Source: Octopus bimaculoides (taxonomy: Eukaryota). Taken from it: a stretch of 64,000 nt of DNA. Position numbers and translations under genes: made by a program. Positions 27,008 through 38,592 of this stretch are shown in pieces. The stretch's first letter is position 1, and each line of letters opens with the position of its first letter. Under the pieces are notes generated by a model. It saw only the letters and a list, made by a program, of their open reading frames with translations. It did not search any database and was not told the DNA's origin. Where the stretch lies: NCBI RefSeq assembly GCF_001194135.2, contig NC_068986.1:1337039-1401038 (forward strand), read 5' to 3'.

Positions 27008-28188
27008 TATATGCAGATATGTGTGTGTGTGCATGTGTATATTTATGTATGTGTTTGTGTTTATGTATGTGTTGTGTGACCAATGCTTTGTGAGTGAAAT
27101 TGGCACTCAGAAAGTGTAAGAGGCCTATTGTTTATATATGTGGGTGTATGTGTTTATTTGTTTTGTTTTTTTGCTTAGATGTTGTGTACATACATATTAT
27201 GTAAAAACAAGGTCACTGAACTAGTCATAAAAGCAGCTTTTTTTTTTGTCACAATTTGCTATAGAAACATGTCCAGCCAATAAGCTGTCTGTTGTTTGAA
27301 AGGCTAGAGGAGATATTACCTTACATAGAAATAAGTGAGAGTTGACAATAGGAAGAGCATCTAGCTGTAAAAAAAAAGCTGCCTGTTTACGTTTTGTCTA
27401 ACTCTATGCCAGTATGGAAAGTAGATGTTAAAATGATGATGATAGTAATGATGATGATGGACGGGGGAATGAAATATTTGGGCATCAAAAAGGACTAGAA
27501 AGTTGAATCCTGATTAGAAATCCACATAGTGAAGTATTTGAAAATTGAATTTTCTAACTTGAAGATCCACTGATTGAAGAATAAATGTGTGATATGAGAT
27601 TAATATGGATGTTTGTGTTTTTTCACTATAGAAGCAAAATATTTTCCTCTTTAACTGATTTCCATCTTTATTCAAAAAAAAAAAAAAAAAAAAAAGAGAG
27701 AAATAATTAGATTAAACTATCAGCATATTCAGTACTTTTACTACTTTTGAACCAAGTTAGATATTTAGAAAACATAAATGACCAAAAATAAACAATCAAA
27801 AAATATGTCAACCACTTGTCAATACATAATAATTTATCTTTGAAGAAACTAATAGCTTAGGTGTTCCTGTGTCTGCTGACTACATAATATGGACAGAAGT
27901 AAAAAGCACTTAGATAGAATATATTCTACCAAGCAAGTAAAAATGATGAAAGCTCTTGTACATTACCTTTCGGTAATGGAAAATGACACTAGAGAAGAAT
28001 TGTTAAAACATATATAACTGGAATGATTATTGACTTCTTTGCATTGTATTGTAAATAAACTAAAATGGTTCCGATTAAGTAAGACACAAAATGTTTGTTT
28101 TGCTCTCGTGTAAAAAATCTCTGAGTGCACTGTAAATTCATTAAAAAAAAAACTACTTATATTTTTGTACTCATTTATTTATATTCCT

Positions 28189-28227
<39 letters not shown>

Positions 28228-28630
28228 CTCCTATATATATGTACCTATGCATACAGGTAAACATGCATATACATGTAACATCCAACTGTTCACTCTCGGA
28301 ATAGAGGATCTGTAACTATAATTTCTATGTTTTGAAATTATTTTTTATATTATTATTTAATGGTTTTATATGTAAAATTTAAATCAGTTTCAAATTATAT
28401 AAATCCCATTTAATATAAATGTTAAAATAAATAGCAAAAAAAATCAATATTCTAAATGTAAAAAAAGAAATATTTATGTTACATTATTAATTATCAATGT
28501 ATAATATTGAAACTGTATTCCCTAAGCTGTTCATCATTATGTAATATTATCATTGCTATTATTTGCTAATTAACTTGCAGATGAATTATCAAATTTTCAG
28601 TGTCTAACATGCAGTTGTATTTTATCTCAG

Positions 28631-29684
28631 TTGCAGACCACATAAAACAGTCGTCGTCAATACCACCCCCTCCACCTCCACCAGCAGCCAGTTCTTATTG
28701 GAAGACTTCTTCATCTCGCTCCAACCGTCACTCAACGTGTGTAAGTTTCAACTCCTCCTCGTCTCCTTCTGCATCACCCCACAATTCTGCTTCTCTGAGC
28801 ATTGGAGCCGGCTTGCCAGCACATACGATTTCATTACCAGCTTCTGCAGTGAGAATTTTGCCCCCACTAACAACAAACATTATACCGCCAACACCTCCTC
28901 CACCACCGACACCACCTGCCCCATTCAGTTTCCCATATTTAGCAGAGAAATCTGCGACAATTCCAGGAGCTTCCAATAGTAATCAGCCATCGACTTCAAG
29001 TTCATTGAATGCTGCTGAAGAGGACAAGCAAAATGCAGAACATTCTTCCACTTCTCCAGGTCAAAGAATGAATCCTTCACAGGTCCTTCCATCTTCTGAC
29101 TATCGTAGCCGTCCAATAGAAGGTTCTGAAGACTTCTATTCCTGGTCTAGCAAAGGAGATTGCAGTGGGCGTTCATCTATTGAGAAAATCCAGATAAATA
29201 AAAAGTTTGCTCGCAAAATGGATCCTGTGCAAATTAGTAAAATTAACAATAACTACACAACCTCCATCCAAGTAGGTTCCAAGAAACTCTCAGAAGCCAA
29301 TGCTGAGAAGCTGCCAAATCACTTTGATAAAGAAGAGGAGGAGATTGCTCGAATGACTTCAGACATGCCCAAATACTTACACTTAAGTAACCCGAGTAGA
29401 GAAATGGGCTGTTCTCCTTCGCCTCCACCGCCTCCACCACCACCACCACAATCTCTTATTGAAGAGCTGGAGAAAAGCTTTTCATCATCACAGGACACTG
29501 ACAGCCTCTCTATGCAAAGTGATACTGATGACCTACCACCGCCACCACCTCCACCACCTCCTCCTCCTCCTCCGCCGCCGCTGCCTCCACCTCCCCTCTT
29601 TCAACATTCTTTACCATCATCATCCTCTCCTATGTCTGCTGCTTGTGAAGTAAACAGAACTGCACCGTCATTGTCCAAATCAAG
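28631..29684 (+). CDS. Espin/forked-like gene, large proline-rich exon B
   Basis: Lies within ORF 28600-29688 with four poly-Pro tracts. Branch-point-like CTAAC at 28604-28608, acceptor tttatctcag|, donor AAG|gtagat (phase 2). Confidence 0.9.
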
Positions 29685-30169
29685 GTAGATATACATACCT
29701 TCTAAATTTCTTTTCTTTTAACATTTTTCTGTTTTCTTTTTTAAAATAACAATTATCATAAATTTTCAACAGAAACATCATTATTAAGCATATCTTCATT
29801 AAATGCATATACATTCATATTTTTTCAACACCCTATTATTTAGTGACGATATTTACAATGTGATTCTAAAAGTCACTATGTAGTCTTGAAGTAAGTTTTT
29901 GCAGAGCTAAGTTTATAATTTAGCTTTGAATTCAAGCTCCAGCTGTAAGCGTTTCACTTCCAACTCTAATACACATCAGGAAGGTAAAGATCTGATTATT
30001 TTGCCTTTATCTATAAACATGAGACATTTGAGCGTGCCATACATAGTCGCACACATGCACACATATATTTAATTTGTTCTAATACATTTCCTAGTCATCA
30101 TTTTCACATCCATTTTGCTATGCTTGTATGGGTTGATTAGATTCATCAACACAGCACTTTGTCACTTGT

Positions 30170-30800
30170 TGTGATTCTATGATGTCACCTTTATGAGGTT
30201 CAGTATCAGTCTTTACTTCACGTCTTCTTTGGTCTTCATTTTCCACAGACTCCTTCCGTGGGATCTCTTTAGCTATATTCCTCCATATGCATCACATGTC
30301 CATACCAGAACAGGTTGCTTTCTTGCATACATCTGATTTTCTTTATATCCAGCTTTTCTCGCAATACATTTGGGGTTTACCGTTTGTGCACACTAACATT
30401 ACACATAAAGCAGAGCTTGCTTGATTCATTTCTTTGCAGCTTTTTTCACCTCCTCCACATTCACTGCCTATGTTTTATTGCCATACAACATTACACTCTA
30501 TACACAAGCATTGTATAATCTGCTCTTCACTCACTGAGATAAATCACTAACTCTCTGAAGGTTCCCATTCTGTTTTTACTCTGGATTTTATGCTTTTGGA
30601 ATACTCACCTCCACTGCTATATAGGTTACCTAGATAAAAGAAGCTACCAACTCTTAATCATTTGAAAAAACATTTTGCAGATGCTCTTATTACTAACCAC
30701 TCCTACCCACTTGCTACCTACAAACTTTCTCTTTTCTACCAGTTCAGGTATGATACCACTGCAACTCTAAGGCGCTCCCATGGATTACATTGGATACATC
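30170..30800 (-). mobile_element. RTE LINE 3' remnant
   Basis: Minus translation QESNLFWYGHVMHMEE...RPKKT. Confidence 0.55.
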
Positions 30801-31072
30801 ACATGAAGTTCTCAACTTACTCTTTTCCTGTATATCAAGTGTGAACACTTTTCCATTTCGCTATATTGTCCTATCTTCTTTCCTACTAACACAAATTTTT
30901 GTTGCTCTGAGTTTACTTTAAGGCCTTGGATTCTAGGTTTTGCTTCTGTCTTTGGAATTTCTGGTATTCTCCACCAGAAATTGTTAGTAAAAAACAGTGT
31001 GATTGGTTGAATGTTTTCCACAGGCCAACTACCAATGTAACATATTTCGGAATTTGAAAGTGACATATACAC

Positions 31073-31113
<41 letters not shown>

Positions 31114-31984
31114 CATGCATGCGTGCACATGTCTGTGTGTACCTTTGTGTGTGTGTGTATTTAACACATTCCTGTACACTAGAACAAATACAGTGTTTGC
31201 TGCAAAATTTTGTCTCTGAGAAAAAATGTTTCCTTATTTTTCCTTATAGACTCAGTGGACTACCTGACATAGTGTTTCAGTGTAGTTTTGCCTCCTCAGT
31301 ATCATTTGGAGCTAAGCTAGAACATCTGTTCCTGTACAGAAAATAGATAACTATAGATTTGTTTCGTTTTGGGATTTGGTTTGCAAAGACATACAAAACT
31401 GAAATTAATTTCTTTGCAGTAGAATTTTGTCTCTGGGAATAATTTCTCTTAACAGACTTTGTGTTTGAAAAGACACCAAGCCAAGCCAAGCTCCAAGTAT
31501 TGGAGCTCGGCTAGATGCGTTTTTCACACAAAATCTATGGGGAGATATTTTTCTCTGAGAAAATCTTACTGCAAATGCTTTTCTCATTCTAGTGTTCAAA
31601 AATGTATTAAAAATAAATGTACACATCTTTACTTTGATTCATGCTGCTTTATGAAAGATTGTTTATAAGATATTTAGTTACACCATCTCACATACATTTC
31701 ATTAACATAAGTGATTATAGGTTGCATAAGGCAGAATAAATAATCAGCACTTACTGTTAACTTGTCGGAGACATTTAACTATCATATGCAATACTATTAA
31801 ATTGAAAAAATGATGGTAAATACTGTCACCTTTCCCCAAGTCCCCACTCACCTGGAGTAAAAATCAAGAGGATTCATGAAAAGAGATGATGAAAGACTGA
31901 TAGTTGTAATGGAGTGGTAAGCTCTGCCTTTATGTCTCTTTCTCACCCTAATTTCTCTCTCCCTTATGTGTACACACACACACA

Positions 31985-32035
<51 letters not shown>

Positions 32036-32769
32036 ACACACACTCAGTTGTAATGATGAAGTCAAACCAAATAGTGATATTTTGAATTGGTTTGGCTTTG
32101 TTATTACAGTGTATACAACTTGATGCCAGTACAAAGTAGCCAGTCCAGATTCCACTCATGCAGATCCTCAAACAATGATTTGGAGTAGTTTGTTATATTT
32201 GACATGAGTCAAAAATCCTGGTACCATGCACAGCTTCTAAGCATATATATTGGTTTGGTACTTCAAGCAGGAGAGATAGAACTCCAAATATGAGTATCAA
32301 CATCATCATTATCATCTTCGTTATTTCATGCCCATATTCTATACTGGCATAGAGTGGAGGGTTTGACTGGATCTGATGGGTCCAAAGACCAATAGTTTCT
32401 TTAGCATGGTGTTTATGACTGTTGCCCTTCCTAATACCAACTATGTTACAGTGTGTACTGAATGTATTTTTGGATCATCAGCACTATTGAGGTGTCAAAA
32501 AGCTCACACATATATAAAAGATACAGATATAAATATTGTAATATTGTACAACCGCTGCTTTCAATGACCTTATTTGGTACTACAGGCTATGTATAAGAAG
32601 GACTTATGCCAATTTTTAATGGATGGAGGAAAATTTACTATGTGGCTAGTCCCTAGAGAGATAATTATTTTCTGATATTTTCTTTTATATGAAAAATATA
32701 AGATATTGTTTCCATATGTTATATTCATATTTGAATGAAAATTTATGATATCCATGAATTTTAAGTTGG

Positions 32770-33440
32770 TTATATTTAATTTACAGTAATTTGCTTCATC
32801 AAGCTTTGTTATGCAATGGTTGTAACATTAGGTTCAACTTGTTGTCCATGCAAAGTGTTCTTCAATCCAGAAATAAAATCCTTTCTGAGAAACCATTTAT
32901 TTTTCCATCCGCCAATGCTGATTGCATGCTCTTCTAACCTATTCACAAATGAAATATGGCTTTTGTGGACCCATATTGTTAGCCAAGTAACATGCAAATC
33001 ACTTTGAGATCTTTACACAACATCCATTCATATTATTTCTTTCTTCTTTCTTTTTATGCGATCTTACAATTTCATTGGTTCCTTTTAAATGAACAAAACA
33101 AACTTCTGGCATGAATGTCTATATCACTCTTCAACATTCAGTACCTAGCTTCCACACCAATTCCAAAATGTCTTTGGAAAAACAGAAGGACACTCTCTCA
33201 TCATGAAAATTAAACAAAATCTTTCTCATACTTTCTGTATCAAGCAAAGACAGTGAATGCCTGCAGATTGTTTTCAAGCAGGTTAGACACCAAATGTTCT
33301 GTTGAATTTTGGGAGCAGATTCTGTCACCTGTTAAGTTGTTCAGCTGGGCTTATGTTAATGATTTATGCTCTCTTCAAGAATATTATCATTGTCTAAATT
33401 TAGATCTTAACCGGTATTATGATGATCCAGGCTGTTGAGT
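32770..33440 (-). mobile_element. Decayed DNA transposase, Chapaev3-like (CMC)
   Basis: Minus translation YEWMLCKDLKVICMLLG*QYGSTK..FICE resembles CGDLKV..LLG.Q.GYTK..CFLCEWDSR; upstream QAQLNNL...LLENNL. The family label is from recall. Confidence 0.6.
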
Positions 33441-33812
33441 GGATGAGTAACTAGAATAAATAGATCAAAGAGTACAGATTTGATTACTGATGGAAGATCT
33501 GGGTACTAAAAGCTTTCTGTATTCTTAGAACTGTAACCTTGAACGTTGCATGCACAGAAGTTGTAGTCAGTGATAGGATTTCATGGTTCATATACCATCA
33601 CGATTCTAAGAGCCAAATGTTTTCTTTTTACCATGACTTCAGTATCTCAATGCAACTCTTATGTGACAAATCTGGTGTGGAACAACTTTTGTCATGATCT
33701 CCTACTTTTATTTTGAAGTAAGCATGATAAAAAAAAAAGGTTGATTAAAAACGTTTGTTACATCTTGTCTTTGCTTTTAGCAGCAGATATATCACTCACA
33801 CACACACACACA

Positions 33813-33894
<82 letters not shown>

Positions 33895-33895
33895 N

Positions 33896-34117
33896 NNNNN
33901 NNNNNNNNNNNNNNNNNNNNNNNNNNNNNNNNNNNNNNNNNNNNNNNNNNNNNNNNNNNNNNNNNNNNNNNNNNNNNNNNNNNNNNNNNNNNNNNNNNNN
34001 NNNNNNNNNNNNNNNNNNNNNNNNNNNNNNNNNNNNNNNNNNNNNNNNNNNNNNNNNNNNNNNNNNNNNNNNNNNNNNNNNNNNNNNNNNNNNNNNNNNN
34101 NNNNNNNNNNNNNNNNT
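33896..34117. other. Assembly gap (N run)
   Basis: N run after (TA)n; boundaries approximate. Confidence 1.
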
Positions 34118-36443
34118 TTATGATTTTTCTCTAAAAATTCCTGAAATATAAAAACAAATGTAAATTATATTATTTAAAGCTAATGTGGTATTTAAGTTCA
34201 CAAATATACATCAAAAAGTTTTATTGTACATTTTGTCAGTTAATGGGATAAGTGTTCAAAGAATGTATAAAAACTTAGGAAGATACAAAAAGGTTTCAGT
34301 AATAGCTATTAAACTGTGGATGGGGGCAGGCAATGCAAATAGTTTTTTCTTTAATATGGCATTCCAAATAGCTTTAAAATCACTTCTCAAAATGAAAATG
34401 AAATTTAATGCAATCTGGTGTAATTTGTTTAAAGTTACATGATCCAATGTTCACAAAAAATAATTTGTCTCAAATTAGAATTAATTAACATTTTAATTTT
34501 TCTATCTTATTTAGATTTGAAATAAATATTTTACAACAGAAGCAAATATTTTGTGGAATATAAAATATAAACCATGCAATTTTTTAATGAGAAAATAAAT
34601 GGATTGAAGAAATTATATTCATCTATATTATGTTAGCAATATAGAAATAAAATGTATAATACACTTTTTTCATATTATGAATGTCTGCAAAGAGTAGAAC
34701 AAAGAAATTATTGGGTGGTCAAAATATGACTCAGTTTTTATGTTGTTATTTTGTAGTTCAGATTAGCTTCTGTAGTATTTATTAATTAGAATCTAGACGA
34801 GTGTTTGTTTTTTTACTTTATTGATATCAATCTAAATTTTATTTTGGCTTAATATCTAAATTTCGCTATTTGAAATAGTGATAACAAAGATATTAACTAT
34901 GGAGATAATAATTTATTTTCATAGAATAATCATAAACCTAAACAATGGAGATTGAATAAACTGTTCTTTTATATGCCTGCATTTATTAATGGTTTGCTTT
35001 TATTTTGATGTTTAAACTGACTTGCATGTCTTGTAAAATTGATATCTGACAGTGTTAAAACCATAAACTTGTGATTTCCTATCCCATGCATTTGTTTTCT
35101 TATTTTCAAATTTATACCATGTTTTCATCAGAGGCTATATTTTGTGATTAGAATTAAAATGATTACAATGATGAAGATGGTGATGATAATAAAGTTATTG
35201 CTTACAAAGATCAATAGGAAGAAATGTACCCTCTTTGATGTTAACATGTCATTTGATAGCTGTATAAACTGATTGGTAACATGTCATTTGATGGCTGTAC
35301 AAGCTAACTGTGAACCCATTGATACTAGAATAACTAGAATTATAGAAATAAATTGTTTTGGTGGTTGGAGCAACAAACTAGTCCTCTTATTTTGTATTTT
35401 GTTTCCTTCCAAAGCCTGTCTTTCAGATAATTCAATTGATTGTCTTCATTAGATGATTACTCCATCCATTACTTTTAGAAGTCAGTTGCAGATTTTTGTA
35501 TTTTCTAAATAAGTTGGTGATTGTCCTGTTTAGTTTTTCTGGTTGCTTTCAACAACATAGTGATGTTGACAACCATTTTGACGTAGATATAAGGTCTAGA
35601 CTATCACACACATTTCTGCAGGTGCCTCAAAAGAACAACTGGTATGAATAAATCCATTTTCTGCATTTTTAATTACAGTAGCCTTGTATCTCATGAATTG
35701 ACTAGGTTGGAAAAGTGAACCACAGAACTTTTACTATAACTAATTTAGTCAGAAGAAAAAAGGAAGTAACCATAACCTTTTTAAGTTCTGCCAATCTGGT
35801 ACGAGAAAATGATCCTCTAACTTGAGACCTGAACCAAATGCTTGTGATGAAATGGATTCTATTCAATATATCCAATGACTTCATTGTGATATTAAACCAG
35901 GAAACTGATTAAGTCTTTTACTAAAGTGCAGATCTGAGATCATCTGTGCTCTTTTGTATGTTTTTTTGGGGGGAATAGAAAATAAAAAAGCCTGTAATGC
36001 ACCCTACATGCTTGGATGGGTTGTTTTGCTCTCTGTAAATAAGGATAAGGGGAACTCAGTTATCAACAAACAACAGCTTTAGGATAAGTTCTGTCTCTAG
36101 ACTTTGTATGAACAGAGAAATAGTGGAAGTCAAAGATGCATTCCTCTACCTGGATCTTGAACATAGAAACTCTCTTTTGTATCATTGTCTGATACTAATA
36201 ACATCAAATAACTGGAATTTAGGAAAAGATAGAGACATAAAGGAAATACAAACATTCCTATTGTAGTTAACTCAACTTTTCAGACTTCAACTAATTACTG
36301 GAAAAATACATCAACCAAACATTTTTTCCTGTTGACTCCTGGAGTTGTATTCACTTCCACATCTTCTCTGAGTTAGGTCCTGTTTCAAGATGTCACAGAT
36401 ATTTAATCTTGCAGCTAATGCTTTCATCAACCCGTATCCCTAA

Positions 36444-36490
<47 letters not shown>

Positions 36491-36519
36491 NNNNNNNNNN
36501 NNNNNNNNNNNNNNNNNNN

Positions 36520-36566
<47 letters not shown>

Positions 36567-37014
36567 CCTCTTTTGATTTCTTCTCCACTGAACAACCTCT
36601 ATCTGTACATCAATGAAATTTCCAACCACACCAAATTAAGGTTTTCCACCACACATCTAAATAACTCACCTCACCCTGCCACAAACAGTTATATCTCATC
36701 AAGTCAGCTAATTGATTGAAACTAGACCAGTTCTAAGCTGCCTATGATTGCAAGCAGCAATCATACCTTGCCTGTCACTTATCCTGTACAGAATAAATGA
36801 TGGCAGACCATCATGCTAGAAGTAGAAGCCAAAGCTTGCTCAAATCACATTTTACTAACTTAGGAAAAAAGCACATGCTTAACCTTTTTGATACCATCCT
36901 GGCAGAAACCACCTCTGGCTCTGTAGTAAAAATGTCTTGTTTGCAGAAGTTCTGAAGTAAAATCTTCCACTAAACCTTTGTCACAATTTATGTTCCTAAC
37001 ACTAGCTTAATGAT

Positions 37015-37107
37015 AACTAAGTTATTTTACTAAATTCTTTGTTATATTTAAAATTAATTGAAAGCAACACAGAGTATCTCAACAGAAATATGGTAACAAA
37101 AGGGTTA
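37015..37107 (+). mobile_element. Right end of a piggyBac-like MITE (second copy at about 38255-38338)
   Basis: Two similar segments of about 90 nt, each ending aacaaaagggTTAA. Confidence 0.5.
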
Positions 37108-37288
37108 AAATGGTTTTGGATTTCTTGCCCAAAGGAAGATAAGAGGTTTGTTAATGATGGAATCCCTTGGATTTTAATCTGCATAGTCAGAGCTGAACTT
37201 TGACTAAGCAACAACTGGAACTATTTTCTTTTAAATGTCTTTGCTCATTCCAGATACAACCAAAGTCTGTTACCTAAGACTCTCCAAC

Positions 37289-37597
37289 TAGTTCACATGT
37301 AGCTGTGTTGCCTAAGTAATTCACATATAGCTGTGTTGCATAAGTAATTCACATGTAGCTATACTACATAAACCACATGTTGCTCTGTGACTATAGTTGT
37401 TCACAGATAACTGTATGACTGCAGTAGTTTTCATGTGACTGTGTTACCACAGTAGTTCACGTGCAACTGTATTACTGCAGTGGTTCATATGTAGCTATAT
37501 TGCTACATTAGTTCACATGCAGCTGTTGTTGCTATGGTAGCTCACATGTAGTTTTGTTGCTGCAGCAATTCACATGTAGCTATGTTGTAGTAGTTCA
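37289..37597. repeat. Minisatellite, about 28-nt unit (agttcacatgtagctgtgttgctgcagt), about 11 diverged copies
   Basis: Recurring ttcacatg/tagct core visible directly. Confidence 0.8.
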
Positions 37598-38496
37598 GGC
37601 ACCAAACAAGACCAACAACAAATGAAAGAAAATTTCTCCCATTTCCCCCCCCTTCCACCAATTCCTGTAATACTACCCTCTGAAAAGGTAAAAATCAATG
37701 CCTCCATGCTGGGCCATCTTAGCAGCATTTTAGGTCCTTGGCCAAATCATGCACTAGGCCCTACAGTATTTATCTATTGACAGAAATCCACAGCATGGGC
37801 AGATCAGTATTGGGCTCCTAGACCCATGGCGTCCCCGTATGGCAGTCCAGTGTGCCCATGTCCTAAGATAACACTGCTTTCATGCATGGCTCAACCTGCA
37901 ATCTTTCCCACCTCCAGTTGCATCCTTCTGAAAATTTTCTCTAAATTTACAGACTTACATAACTCCTTGACCTACATGACTCTATAAGCAGTTTGCCCAT
38001 GGACGGACCTTTCATGTATGCTACCCACTTTGCACCCAGGGCACGCACTTGATAAAATCCCTTCCAATTTTTTCTTATCCACTCCATCAATCTCACCACT
38101 ACATACCAAGTACAGAAACACTTCTTGCTGTTCTAAAATACAAAACCATAGGTTTTTAAAGTGTTTTAGATGAAATCCTTCCATAAAATTTTATGTTAAT
38201 TTATGTTCCAAATTCCAACTTAATAATAATAAAATTGTTTTAATAAACTTATTTTATTAAATTCTTTATTATTTTCAAAATTAATTGAAAAGTAAAAGTA
38301 GCATATTTCAACAGAAACGTGATAACAAAAGGGTTAATTTAATTTCCCTCATAAGTCTCATTTGGGTGATATATTACATTTAAAAGTTAGTTGATATTTT
38401 AAACTTTTATTTAATATGGTAAATTTTGATTAGTAAAATAGAATAAATTAAATTATTTTTTTAATTAGAATATATGTATATCATATTAGAATATAT

Positions 38497-38527
38497 ATGC
38501 TTTGATATATATTTCTAATTAATATTA

Positions 38528-38561
<34 letters not shown>

Positions 38562-38592
38562 TAATATTAATTAGGAATATGTATCAAAGCAT
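38497..38592. repeat. 96-nt palindrome centred on (TA)n
   Basis: 34-nt arms with two differences from a perfect inverted repeat. Confidence 0.9.

Noticed and set aside
31170-31690. Three loose copies of aattttgtctctgagaa in a repeat-poor block
   Set aside because: Irregular spacing and no ORF, inverted termini or structure found; cannot be interpreted without a genome search.
37289-37597. CRISPR-like array
   Set aside because: Eukaryotic context; units are contiguous and degenerate with no unique spacers.
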